Below are positions 11,601 to 24,239 of a stretch of 64,000 nucleotides of DNA, piece by piece. Source of the DNA: Cyanophora paradoxa CCMP329. Its lineage: Eukaryota; Plantae; Glaucophyta. The stretch's first letter is position 1, and the number at the start of each line of letters is the position of its first letter. The stretch spans positions 186,001 through 250,000 of the forward strand of contig QPMI01000560.1 of NCBI GenBank assembly GCA_004431415.1. Direction: 5' to 3'. The notes beneath the pieces are model-generated. The model worked only from the letters and a program-made list of their open reading frames with translations. It was not told where the DNA came from and searched no databases. A program made the translations under genes and the position numbers.

Positions 11601-14600
11601 TCGGCGCCAAGTTCGTCGTACCCCTTGAGGCCCCCGCCCCCGGGCCCCCGGGGTCGGCCTCGCCCGACGAGCCGGCCGCCACCATCGCCAACATCGGCCA
11701 GCCCCTCACGTTGAACTGGAAGGTGCCGCCCCGCCCGCCGGAAGCCGGCGCGCGTCCTCGTCGTGGCCCTGCCGGCTGACCCCGCCGCGATCCGCGGCCC
11801 GCGGGCGCGCAGGTGCTGCACCCGGTGGCGCAGGCGCGGCCCTACTGGCGCTCCCCGCTCTTCGCCGCCTGCGAGTTCCGCCCCGGCCTCGACATCTGGG
11901 TCCGCACGTGCCCCGCATCCCCTCCCCTCGCCTCTTCTCCTTCCGCTGAGGCCGCCGGGGCGGTCGGGCAGGCGGTGGCGGCGCAGGCGCAGGCGACGGA
12001 GTCGGGGAGCTCGGTGCGCGTCGCCGGCGTGAGCGTGCTGCCCCCCGAGGGCCGCTTCGCGGAGCTGCTGCTCCTCGCGGCCGCCGCCTCCGAGGCCGAC
12101 CGCGGCGCCCCGCTCCGCCTCTACGTCGACTCGTCCTTCTCCCGCATCCACTCCTTCGCCCTCCCCCGCTCCTCGGCCGTCGTCCCCTTCGCCCCCTTCA
12201 TGCCCCCGCTCCACGCGACCGTCGCCGCCGTCAACCGCGTCCGCGCCTGCCTCTCGGCCTGCTACAGCGCGGGGGCCTGGCCCAAGGCCGGCGAGGCCAA
12301 GGAGGCACTCGACGCCCTCCTCGCCTGCGCCCCCTCCGCCCCCTTCGACGAGGAGCGCGGCAAGGGCCCCAGCAAGCGCAAGCAGCGCCTCGCCTCGTAC
12401 AAGTGGGTGCTGCTGCCGCTGGCCCCCCCCGAGGCCGCCGGCGAGGGCGGGGGCTACGCCTTCCTGCCCCCCTACGTGGGCCCCATCGAGGAGCAGGACA
12501 TGCCGCGCTTCCTCGCGGGGGAGGACCCGGCCGCCCTCCTCGCTGCCGCCTCCCGCGCCGGCCGCGCCGGCCCCGCCCTCCCATCCCCCGCCGGGGGGCC
12601 CGGGGTCGGGGACTGGGACTACGAGGGCGAGGCGGGCCCCGCGGAGGCGTACGGGGCGGCGGAGGCGGGCGGCGGGGCCCCCGTGGAGGCCTCCCGGCTG
12701 GACAAGAAGACGGCGAAGATGCTGCGCGACGTCGCGCAGCGCTGCGCGGGGGCCGGCCTCCCCGCCCCGTCCCTCGTCCAGGCGGGGCCGGCGGCGGCGC
12801 GGCTCGTGTGCGGCGGCGCGGTGCTGGCGGAGGCGCGGGGCAAGACCCTCCAGAAGGCCCTCCGCGACGCCATCAACGGCGGCATGGCCCAGGCGCGCGC
12901 TCCGGTTGTTGACTGCGGCGCCGAGCGCCGCCCCGCTGACCCCGGGCGGGGCAGGTGAAGGCCGGGAAGCGGGGGGCCGGGGCCCACGCGCAGGCGCAGG
13001 GGGCGCCCCCGCGGCGGTCCCCGCGGCGAACGCGGCGGCGCTGGCGGGCCCGCGGCCGCAGCCGCCGCCCGAGCTGGGCCTGGACGGGCGGGGGGCGGCG
13101 CTCTACGCCGAGCTCGTCCTCGAGTGCCGGGGCCGCGGCCTCGGCGAGCCCTCCTTCCGCATCGTGGAGGGCGGCCACGGGGCCTGCCGCGTCCTCGTCG
13201 CCTTCGCGGGGGCCCGGCCCGTGGAGGGCAACGGGGGCAAGGGCGGGCCCGCCGCCGCCGCCAAGGTCGCCATCAACAACGCCCTCCAGGCCATCCGCCG
13301 CGGCGCCTCCCCGGCCCCGGGCCCGCCCCGCGCGCCTCGGCCCCGGCTGCGCCGCAGGGCCCGCTGGCGCCCCCGCCGGGGCGGCAGGCGGCGCTCCCGG
13401 CGACCCCCGCGGGGCTCGACAAGAAGGGGGCCGAGATCTTCCGCCGCATCGCCGCGGCGTGCGACTTCCACGGGCTCGGGGCGCCGCGCGTGGAGGGCGC
13501 CGGGGGCGGCGGCTGGCGGGTGCTCGTGAAGGAGGCCGGGGTGGACTCGCGGGCGCCGCACCCCAACGGGGCCCTCGCCGACGCCGCCCAGCGCCTCCAG
13601 AACTGGGCCCGCGCCCGCGGCCTCCCCGAGGCACCCGGCGCCGCGCCCCAGGGCTTCCCGCCTACCGCCTCCTCCTCCTTCGGAGGCGGCGGTCCCAGCG
13701 CGCCCCCGCCGATCCCGCGGCTCGTCTCCGGCGGCGGGGGCGGGGGCGGGGGCAAGGCCGGGGGGGCCTCGCCGGCGTCGGTGGAGGAGGCGCTGGGCCC
13801 GCGGGAGCGGGAGGAGCTGGAGCAGCTGGCGTCGGACGCCTCGTGGGCCGGACTCGAGCGGCCCGTGCTCTCCCTCGCGCCCTCCCCCGGGGACGGCTCC
13901 GTCCGCGTCGTCGCCAAGCTCCCCGGGCTCGGGGCGCTGCCCCCGGGGCCGCCCCTCCCGGAGGCCTACTTCGGGCGGGGCCCGACCTCCGCGCCGCCGC
14001 CCGCGACGCCCTCCGCCGCGCCGCCGACGCACTGCGCCGCGCCCAGGGCCTCGACGCCCCGGCCCCGCCCCCGCCTTCTCCGCCCCGCCTTCTCCGCCCC
14101 CGCCCCGGCGCCCAAGGCCAAGCCGCAGCAGGCGAAGCAGCAGCAGCAGCAGGGCAAGCCGGCGGCTGCCTCGGGGGCGGCGGCCGGCGGGCAGCAGCTC
14201 TCGAAGAAGGCGGAGAACGTGCTGCGGAACCTGGTGGAGAAGTGCCAGCGGCTGCGGGTGGCGCCCCCCGCCCTCTCCTACCTCCCCGACGGCTCGGTCA
14301 GCGTCGAGGTGCCGCAGCTCGGCGTGGCGGCGCGCGGCGCGGGCAAGCACGCCGCCGAGGACGCCCTCCTCGACGCCTGGGCCGTCGTCCAGACCCTCCG
14401 CTCCGCCGGCGGCGGCGGCGGCGCGCAGAAGCCGCAGGCGGCGAAGGCCGAGGCTGCGGCTGCAGCTGCTTCGGGAGGGCGCGCGGCGGGGGCGCCGGGC
14501 CGCGGCCTCATGCCCCTCGCGCAGGCCGCCCCGCCCGCCCCCGGCGCCCCATCCACCGGCAGCGGCGGCGGCTCGCGCGGGCGCGGGCGCCGCGGGGGCG

Positions 14601-14665
14601 GTGGGAGCGGCAAGGGCCCCGCCGCTGCCGGCGGCGGCGGCGCCGATGCCGCCTTCGACGATTGA
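5661..14665 (+). CDS. Fusion of Asteroid/FAM120 (XPG-type PIN) nuclease-like domain, DExH-box RNA helicase and tandem dsRBD-like repeats
   Basis: PIN part: MGVRGLSTYL, IIDLNNVAY, GGEYD, CFLDP, GEAD, SDDSDF. Helicase motifs after splicing: LPIDGHREEI, QGETGSGKS, TQPRRIAA, DEIHER, MSAT, FLPG, LHS, ATNIAESSIT, QRAGRAGR, plus an HA2 region. PIN-to-helicase junctions splice in frame. One or two frameshifts in C-runs near 13.0-13.4 kb. Confidence 0.8.
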
Positions 14666-15300
14666 TCGATCCCCGCCCGCCCCTCTCCCGAGCCCCGATC
14701 TGCACGCTTCTGTATTCTTAGCCTTTCTTTCAGTAGCTATAGCCACCAGCTAGGGAGCCCCGCGGGGCAGCGCTAGCGCTGGGGATCCCAGCTTTTTGGC
14801 AGCCGTCAGCCGTTTCCTATTTGATTGATGTGTGTCACAGCCTGGCAGTGTGTAGCTTCAGATGATCGGATCGTTTCGGCCCGGCGGCAGCGGCAGTACT
14901 CAGATCCATTGATTGCAGTGCCAGCAGTTCAGCAGCGATTCAGTGACAGTGATCAGTTGTGCCCCGCTGCAGTTGGCCCAGTGGTGCCACGGTGCATGTT
15001 TTTGAACAGCAGCAGCACATGTCCGCATGATCATGAGCTGCCAGCAGGCTGGCAGTCATGACTCAGTGCCGCAGTGCCACTGGGCCATGCCCGGCCATGA
15101 TGGGGATTCAGGTGGTTGTGAGCCAGTGAGTGCAGGTCTAGGTCAAACTGCATGCACATCGCCCCGCGGCCCCGCCCTGGATCCGGAGGCCCCTGAAGGC
15201 GGCCTCGCCCGGGCCATCGGCTCCGAGGCTCCGAAACAGAATTCGACAGTGCGAGAATTGAGTTGTTCGAATAGAAATGTCCACTTCAGGCGTCCTGCAG

Positions 15301-17981
15301 CTAGAGGAGGGATCGGAGGGCGGGGGCGGAGGCCGGGTCGACGCCGGCGGCGGCGAGGCCGGCGGCGAGGGCCGCAGCGAGGCGGGCGCGGCGCTCCGGG
15401 GTGAAGGCGGCGGGGCAGAAGGGCCCCGGGGCCGGCGGGGCGGCCTCGGGACGGCGGCTGCGACGGCGGCCTCGGCGAGGGCCTTGTACTGCTCCCGGGA
15501 GAGCTGCCCCGCCCGGAAGAGGGCCTGCAGGGGCGCCTTGGCGAGGCCGTACGCGTGCGCCTTGGCCGCCTTGCGCCACGCGTGGCCGGCCTCACCGCCC
15601 CGGCCCCCGCCCCTCCTCTTCCCCGCCCGCTCGCTGCGGGGCGACGAGGAGCGGGCCGAGTGCGGGGGCGGCGACCGCGCCCGCTCCTCCTCCTCCTCCA
15701 GCGGCCCCGGCGGGGGCGGTGGGGGCGGCGGCGACGGCGGGCGCCCCGAAGCGACGCGCGCCGCCGCCGGCGGGGCTGGAGGGGCGTCGGGAGGCGCGGA
15801 GGGAGGGGCGGCGGGGCGGGCGGTGGGGTCGTGGGAGGGCGGGCGGTGGGCGGGGGGCGCGAGGGGCGGGGGCTCGCGAGGCGGTGGCTGGGCAGGGGGG
15901 GCGGACGTGGGGCGAGCGACGGGAGGCGCAGCGGCGGAAGCGGTGGGAGGGGCCGGCGCCTCGCGGCGCGGGGGCTGGGCGGAGGGGCCCCCTGCGGGCG
16001 CCGGCGGCGCGCCGGGGCGTCGGAGGGCGGGGAGGGGGCGCGGGGTGCTGGGGGCGGGCGGTGGGCGCCCTGTGCGGGCGCGGGGCGGGAAGAGGACGCC
16101 GGTGAAGGCGCCGCCGCCGGGGGCGCAGCGGGCGCCGAAGAGCGGGCCCGCGGAGGGCCCCGGGGCCGCGGAGGACGATGCAGCGGCCGCCGGGGGGCCC
16201 GGGGGAGAGGAGCGGCGGCCGGCGAGGCGGCCGCGAGGAGGCGGTCCCTCACCTGAGCGGGGCGGGCCGGCGGGGCCGCCACGCGGGCCCCGGAGGGCGG
16301 CGCCGCCGCTGCCGGGGCGGAGGGCGGGGCGGAAGCCGGGCGGGCCGGGGGGCGGAGCTGGAGGAGGGGGCGGACGGGGGCGCGGGCGGGCGGACGAGGC
16401 GGAGGGGCCCTCGGGCGGGGGCCCGGAGGCGGGGGATGTGGGGGTACAGCCGCAGCTGCTCGGTAAAATACGCGGCGGAGGCGGCGGCCGAAGGGGGCGC
16501 CGCGGGGCCGGCCCGGAAGAGGAGGCCGGGGCGGGGCTGGAGGAGGCCGGGGCGAGGCGGGAGGAGGAGGCCGGGGCGGGCCCGCGGGGCCCCCGGCGGG
16601 CTCCCGCCGGCCCTGCAAAGGCGCCGGGCGCGGGGCGGGGGCGGCGGCGGGTGCGGAGAGCCGGAGGGAGGCCCCGGCGGCGGCGGCAGCGAAGAGGCGG
16701 GAGGTGGAGGAGGCGGCGGGGCGGCCGCGCGGGGCGGGGCGCCCCGCACCGGCGGCTGCGGCGGCGGCGGCGGCGCGCTGGCGGTGGCGCTCGGCCTGGC
16801 TGAGGTCCCGCCACGCCGCCGCCACCTCGTCCTCCTCCCCCGAGTCCCCTCCGCCTCCGCCGCCGCCCTCCGCCCCGGCCCGCCGCCCGGCCCGCCCCCA
16901 GCGGCAGCGGCGCCTCGGAGCGGCGCTGCCCGCCGGGGCCGCCGCCCGCGGCCGGAGGCCGGGACGAGGAGGACGAGGCGGAGGCGAAGGCGGCGGGCGG
17001 GGCGGGGCCGAAGCGGGCGAGCGAGCCCCGCGCCTGCGCGCCACGGCCGGCGGCAGGGACCGCGCCCGTGCGCGCCAGCGCCGCGCGCTGCTGTGCGGTC
17101 TGCCGCCGCCGCTGCCGCAGCGTCCGCCGCGCCGCGGCGCGCGCTGCGCGGGGGCGGCGTCGGCAAGGGGGCGGCGGGGCGGAGTCGGCGGCGGGCACCT
17201 TCCTGGGTGAGCTCGCTGGGGCCCGGGCGTGCCCAGGGTTCGGGTGCGCGCAGCCGCCTCCGCTCGGGGATGCCTGCGGCGGGGCCGCGTCAGCCGGCGC
17301 GGGCGGGGCGGGGCGGGGCGGGGCGGGGACCGTCGGCGGGGAAGCCGAGCGCGAAGGCGCGGGCCTCGGCGACGGACTCCTCCTCCTCCTCCTCGGGGTC
17401 GGGGAGCCACTCCTCGTCCCCCCACGCATCCTCCCCCGACGAGTCGTCCTCCTGCGGCCCCGCCCCGCGTGAGGCCCGAGCCCGGCGGGGGCGGGCGGGG
17501 CGGACGCGCCAGCATCGCCTCGTCGTCCTCCTCGCTCTCCTCCTCGTCCTCGCTGAGGTCCACGCCGAGCTCCTCCTGGTTAGCCACCGGCTGGTTCCGC
17601 TCCTCCACCCGCACCCGCTTCCGCTTCCGGCCCTGGCCCCGCGTCACGTCGAGCCAGGCTCGGGCGGGCGCGAGGGCAGGGGCGCGCGCCTCGCTCTCGT
17701 TGATTATCGCCCTGAAGCGCTGCTTGCTGCGACGCACGTCAGCGTCACGCGGCGCACGCAGCCGGGCCCCACGCGCACCACATCGGACACGTGTTCTCCT
17801 TCTCCGCCCATTGCTCAAGGCAGTTCAGGTGAAAGCGGTGCGAGCAGCTCTCTGGCCTGGCGCGGTCGGCCGAGCTGATCTCCGTCCAGCAGATCGGGCA
17901 ATCCTCTTCCTTGCCCTCGTCCTTCTCGGCTTCATCAGCGCTCCGCTTATTTCCTCGCGGGCTGCCAGACCCGTCCGCCAT
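15301..17981 (-). CDS. RING-finger protein with C-terminal SRI-like motif (PHRF1/SCAF11-like)
   Basis: N-terminal CPIC...CSHRFHLNC...W...NTCPM(C)KQRF RING, an acidic tract, a low-complexity middle, and C-terminal AKAPLQALFRAGQLSREQYKALA. Confidence 0.7.
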
Positions 17982-18296
17982 TCCTCTGCAGCGTTCTGAG
18001 CGCTCTGGAGCTCAACACTGAGCAGCGGCGCCTCTGCAGCGGCGCGGGAGCCACGTAAGGGGGAGCGGCGGCGAGCGGTGCAAGGAGTGAGCGCGGCGCA
18101 CCGCCGAGGCGAGCGCGCGCCTTGAGCACGTCGGCTGGCGGCAGTGGCGGGAGGCTTGTTACTTGCTGCAGAACGCACGCAGTTCACGACGCGCTGCTAC
18201 GACTGAGGGGACTGCTGAAACGGCTGCGCTGGCGCCAGAGAGACTCAACTCGAGGGGGGAACGAGCGTGGGCCGCGTACACAAATTCGGCAGCACG

Positions 18297-20602
18297 ATGC
18301 TCCCGGCGTTCGCTGTGCCGCTTCCGGCAACCACCTCTCACAGCCACAGCGGAATGCATCGCGTTGCGGCGATGGCGGTTTCGTCGGCCGCGCGCATCCG
18401 GCTGCCGACGCGCGCGGTCCAGATCGGACGGCCGTTCCACATCGTCGCCCGGGATCTCGCTTTCTGCGCAAGCCGCGCGTTCGGTGCTCAGGTCGTGCGG
18501 CCGGTCGTGCCGCACGCGGCCTTCTCGACGGTCGGCGGCCGTCCCATCACCGCCTCCCTGCAAGAGCGCATCGCTGCGGCGCCCAAGGCGAAGGCGGGGT
18601 CGGTCGAAATCGTGAATCTGAACGCTGAGGCGCCGCTCGCGTGGGAGGGCGACCTCTTCATCATCGGCTTCTTCACCGACGCGGAGTACTTCCCGGCGCC
18701 CGAGAACTCGGTCCCAGTGAAGGCCACGGAGGCGCTCGATGGCCATTTCGGCGGCATCATCTCCGAGCTGATCGCTGAGGGCGAGTTCGAGGGCAAGCCC
18801 GGCCAGGTCGCGGTGCGCCGGGCCTTGCACGTGCGCGGAGTGCGGCCTGCCGACGGCGGGGCGGGCGGCGGGGCGCGCAGACGGGCCGCGTGAGCGGGAA
18901 GGGCCCCGTGCGGAAGGTCGCGCTGGTCGGCCTGGGCGCCTCGGCGGACATGACGATGGACGGCTGGCGCAAGGCCGGCGCCGCCGTCGCCGACCTGGCG
19001 AAGAAGAACAAGGGCGCGAAGCGGGCGTGCTTCTACCTGCCGGTGGGGAGCCGCTCCTTCGCGGGGCCGAACGCGGTGCAGGCGCTCGTCGAGGGGGTCA
19101 CGCTGGGCCTCCACGAGGACACCCGCTTCAAGTCCGAGGCCGAGCTCAAGAAGAGCAAGCCCACGCAGCTCGCCGCCGTGCGCCCCGCCCCGCCCGCCCC
19201 GCCCGCCCCAGCGCCCCCGCCGGCCGAAGCGACGGGCCGGGCAGCTGGACCTGCTCGGCTGGGGCTTCTACGACGCGGCGCCCATCGACAAGGGCGCCAA
19301 GATCGGCGAGGCCGTGCGCTCTGCCCCGCCCAGCACTCCGCCCCCCCGCCGCACCCGTCCCCGGCTCACCCGCCGCCCTCAGGTGCTCCTCGCGAAGGAG
19401 CTGGTCAACGGCCCGCCCAACAAAGTGACCCCCTCCCTCCTCGCCGAGGCGCGCCCCCCCTCCCCGCCCCTCCCCGCCCCTTTCGTCGTTGGAGATCGAC
19501 CGCGGGGCGCAGACGGCGCGGAAGGTGGCGGCCGAGGGCGGCCTGGAGGTGAAGGTGCTGGAGAAGGCGGAGTGCGAGGCCCTCGGCATGGGCCTCTTCC
19601 TCGGCGTCTCCGCCGTGCGCCCTCGAGCAGCGCCCCCCCCCCCCCCCCCCCTCGCCGGCCTGACGCGGGGGCGGGCGCGCGTGCGCAGGCGAGCAGCGAG
19701 CCGCCCAAGTTCATCCACCTGACGTACACCCCCAAGGGGGAGGTCACCCGCAAGCTCGCCATCATCGGCAAGGGCCTCACCTTCGACTCGGGCGGCTACA
19801 ACCTCAAGGCCGGCGCGGGGAGCATGATCGAGCACATGAAGATCGACATGGCGGGGAGCGCGGCGACCCTCGCCGCCGCCCAGGCCATCTCCAAGCTGGC
19901 GCCCGAGGGCGTCCAGGTGCACTTCATCGTGGCGAGCTGCGAGAACATGATCGCCGGGGGCGGCATGCGGCCGGGGGACATCCTCACCGGCTCGAGCGGG
20001 GTCACCGTCGAGATCAACAACACGGATGCGGAGGGGCGGCTGACCCTCGCCGACGCCATCGTCTACGCGGAGAAGCTCGGCGTCGACTCGATCGTGGACT
20101 GCGCGACGCTGACGGGGGCCTGCATGGTGGCGCTGGGCCCCGACATCGCCGGCCTGTTCGCGTCGAAGGACGAGCTGGCGCGGGAGCTGGAGGAGGCGGC
20201 GAAGAAGGCGGGGGAGAAGCTCTGGCGCCTGCCCCTCGAGGACAAGTACGCGGAGATGAACAAGTCCCAGATCGCCGACATCAAGAACTCCGGTGCCCCG
20301 TCCAATCCAACCCAGTTCGACGCGGCCCGGGGTGACGCGGCGGGCGGGGCAGGGGGCCGGATGGGCGGGGCGATCACGGCGGCGCTCTTCCTGAAGCACT
20401 TCGTCAAGGCCGTGCCCTGGGCCCACATCGACCTCGCCGGGCCCGTCTTCAACGAGAAGGCACCCGCCCCGCCCCGGCCCCGCACGCCCGCCCCTCGCTG
20501 AGCGGGGCGGCCCGGGGCGCGCAGGTGGGCGGGGCGACGGGCTACGGCGTGCGGACGCTGGTGAACTACGTCCTCGGCAAGGACGCCACCATCGACGGCT
20601 AG
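18297..20602 (+). CDS. pepA: M17 leucine aminopeptidase with probable plastid transit peptide
   Basis: Motifs [66 protein letters not shown]. About 90-aa basic/hydroxylated N-terminal extension starting MLPAFAV. Confidence 0.95.
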
Positions 20603-21231
20603 GCGCCCGCTCGCTCCCTCGCCGCCGCGCGCCGCGGGAGCCCAACCCTTGTACTTTTAACGTAGTATCGAACCGCGCGACGTGCGTTGTGCGTGTCCCG
20701 GCGCCGCCAGCGCGGCGCGTTTTGAGCAAGTCGGAGGGGGTACGCACATCCGGACATGCTCGGCCCCAAACCCCAAGTCAATCAATGAACAGCAGCTTCA
20801 GCTGCAGGATGCTAGCGGGCGAGCTCTGAAAGCAGGAGCACTTAGCCAGCGTTGCTAGGCTCGCCCTGTGGCCGCCCGCATGGGGGCAGCGGAGCGAGCT
20901 GACGTGGTGGTCCCGGGTGGAGGTGACAGAGGTGCGTCGACCAATTGCAAACACGTTGCAGATGGTTTTGGAGGCTGGCGCAACTGCTGCCCCTGGCGAG
21001 CACTTACCGCGGCTTTGCTGGCGCAGGCCCACGCACATTAGCTGAGTTCGGGCTAGGGCTTCAAGGCTTCAGCGGGAGCTTGAGCGCATCTTTCACGCTA
21101 GAACAATGTGCGATCCGGCCCTGAATCCCTCGAGAGCACTTGACTCGCGGTCCGCAGGGTGTTGGAGGTCCGCGGGTCCCGCGTTCCCGTGGCCTAGCGG
21201 TGCTGCCTTGAACCCGCTAACGAGCCGAGCA

Positions 21232-23842
21232 GGGCGTACAGGCACCCGGGCGACACGCCGGTCTCCGTGGAGAGCCTGGCGCGGATCGCGGGGGCGCCCT
21301 CCGAGCTGGTGGAGCGGGCGGCCGAGGCGCTCAAGGTCGGGCGGGACGACGCCTGCTCGTACGCCAAGTTTCTCGAGATCTTCTCCCTGTACCCGGCCCT
21401 CGTCGCCCCCGCCGCCCGCCTCTACGAGCGCGCCTCCGTGCCGCCGCCGGGCCCAGCCCCGGCGGCCCCGCCCTCGCCGCCCTCGCCAGGGCTGGCGCCC
21501 CGTAGCCCGCCCTACAAGGCCCCCCTCGCCTCCCTCTGGCGCCCGAAGTCCGCTTCCGTCGCGGCGGCCCTCGCCCCCGCCGCGCCCCGCGCCGCCCTCT
21601 CCTCCGAGCCGCACCGCAGCCCCGCGGACCGCCCCTCGAGCGCCGCCGCAGCCCTCGCCAGCCGCAGCGCCGCGGCGGCGGCCGCTGCTTCGGCGGCTGC
21701 GGCGGCGGCTGCGGCGGCAGCGGCGGGCGCGGAGGCGGAGCGGCGGCGGGCGTCGCGCACGCTGAGCAGCGCCAGCGCGAGCTCCGGAGGCTCCTCCGCC
21801 AGCCTCGAGGCCGCCCCGCTCAGCCCCGCCCCGCCGGCCCGCCGCTGGGCGGGCCGCCCGCCCCGGGAGTGCGGCGGCCGCGCGGGCCGGGTCGGCGGAG
21901 CTCGAGCGGCCGCCGCGGGGCCCGCGGCTGCAGGTCAGCGAATCGAGCGTGCGGCGCGGCGGCGCCGGCGCCGACGGGCCCCCGCTCCTGCGCGAGTATA
22001 ACCCGCCCTCGGAGCCGGCCGCTGCCGCCGCCGGCTTCTCGTCGCTGCAGCGTGCGTGCTCCGCCGCCGCGCCCCCGCCGCCGCCCGCGCGCCGCCGCCC
22101 ACGCGCGTGGCGCAGGGACGCTGAGCGCGTCGAGCGGGGCGAGCGGGGCGGATGGGCCGGAGGGGGCGGGCGGCGCCCGCTGGGGCGGACGCGGAGCCGG
22201 GCGAGCTCGGCCTCCAGCACGGCCGCCTCCCCGCGCTCCTCCTCCCCGGGGCGCCGCCCCAGCTCCCCAAGCCGCCCCCGCCCCTCCCCGTCCCCGCCTC
22301 CCCGCCCCGGCGCCCCACGTCGGCCGCCCCCGCCCGCGTGGCGCTGCTGCCGCCCTCGCCGCGGGGCCGTGCCCGGCGGCCCCCGCGGGGGCGCCGCTGG
22401 CGGAGGAGAAGGAGGACTCGGACGAGGATCCGCCGCCGCCCTCGGACGCCGCCCGCGGCCGGCCGAAGACGGCGGGCCGGCGGCGGGGGACGGGGCGGGC
22501 CGGGGCCGGGCCGGGGGCGCGCCCCGGGGGCCTCTCGGCGGCCGACGACCCGGACCCTGAGGAGGCGGCGGAGGCGGCGGACGCCTTCGAGGACGAGTTC
22601 CCCGAGGAGCCCTGGCCCCCCGCCCTCTCCCCGGCCCCCGAGGCAGGCTTCCGGCCCGCCTCCTGGGAGGACCTCCCGGAGGCCGGCGGCCTGCGCCCCT
22701 CGCTCGCCGCCGCCATCGTCCTCGGGCGCCCGCCGCCCTCCGCCGTCCCCGCCATCCGCTCCCACCGCACCCCATCCCACCGCCCCGCCAGCGCCGCCGC
22801 CGCCCGCCCCGGCAGCGCCGCCGCCGCCCGCCCCGGGAGCGGGGCGGCGGCGCGGCCCGGGAGCGGGGCGAGCGTGCGGTCGACGCCGCGGTTCTACCGA
22901 GGGCCGGGGGCCGAGCCGGCGCCGGCCCCCGAGGGGGCCACTTCGCGCACCCCGCCCCCTCGAGCCGCTCCGTCGCCTCCTCTTCGACCGCCCCGGGCCC
23001 GCCGCCCCGCCGCCCCATCCGCGGCCCTCCTCGGGGCCCCGTCCAGTCGCGCCCCGCCCCGGGCCTCGCTCGCGCCCCCGCCCGCGCCCCCGCCCCCCGC
23101 GGCTCCTCCTCCCTCCGCCACATCCCCCGCCTCACGGAGCCGGCCCCCGGGGCGCCCAGCGGCCGCCCTCGGCGCCCCCGGCCGCGCGCCAGGCCGCCGA
23201 GGCGGCGAGGGCGGAGGGCCCGCAGGCGTCGCCCTCGCCCTCGGCCTCGCCCGCGGGGCGCTTCCTGAGCAGCGTGAGCCAGCCGGGACCGTTGGTGCGG
23301 CGCCGCCGGCCGGGGAGCGCCCTGGCGCACCACGCGACGCTCCTCCCGCCCGGGGAGGGGCCGGGGTAGAGCTCGAGCCCCCGAGGAGCTGGTCGAGCTG
23401 CGCGCCTCGGGGCCCCCGCGTCCCTCGCGCCGGCCCCCTCCGCCGCCGCCGCCCGCAGCGCCCGCTCCGCCTCCTCCGAGGGCGCCGGGGCGCGGCCGCC
23501 GTCGCCGCCGGAGTCGGGGGCTACCGGCGGCAGCGGAGCTTCGTGCTGGCGGAGGGCTCGGACGCGCGGCGCATGGCCCACGAGGCGCTTCTCTTCGTCC
23601 TCGAGCACCGCTTCACCCGCCAGCCCCCGGCCCCCATCGACGTGCCCCCCGACGACCCGCCCCCCCCGCCCCCCGCCCCTGCGCCGGGGGAGCGGCCACA
23701 GGCGGCCGCCGCCGGCGCCGCGGCGCGGCCCTTGAGCGCGGGACCAGCGGTGGCGCGGCTGAACTTCGCCCCCCTGCACCTGAAGATGGCCCGCCCGCTC
23801 CTCTACGGGGCCCCCGCGCACCAGGCCGGCCCTGCTGTGTAG
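21232..23842 (+). CDS. Unknown low-complexity protein (5' exons probably further upstream)
   Basis: Protein-like exons (VESLARIAGAPSELVERAAEAL...YAKFLEIFSLYPALV; SFVLAEGSDARRMAHEALLFVLEHRF; LNFAPLHLKMARPLLYG). Stop at 23840-23842. Confidence 0.45.
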
Positions 23843-24239
23843 CTTACCACAGCCTGCTGCTGGCAGTCTAGTACTTGCCACGGTGTTAGTGCCACGGTGC
23901 CTTCTAGCTCTAGTTCTAGTGCGATGTTCAATTTCTATTGATTTTTAGTGCGTGCCACGGTGCGAAGTCCGACGGTCCCGAGTCCGAGTCCGACCGAGTC
24001 CGCGCGGAGTGAAGGGAAGCGGGCCCGGGGTCGAATCTGAGGGTCGGGACTTCAAAACCTCTGAGCGATTTCGCGGCGAGCGGGCGCGCCTTTCTTCTCG
24101 ACGAGCGGCGGAGGCGGTGAGAGCTAAGCGAATCAGCGTGGACGCGGGCCTCACGGCCCAGAGTTACGGGGGGCGCGAGAGCGTCCCTCGACGCTAGAGA
24201 CCACGAGCCGCGTGCGGCCGGACAATCGATCAACACAGG

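Noticed and set aside
12990-13380. Apparent frameshifts in the helicase tail (also near 15.4, 35.2 and 55.55 kb) suggesting programmed frameshifting or pseudogenes
   Set aside because: They fall in C/G homopolymer runs or could hide unrecognised introns. Sequencing error is the simpler explanation.
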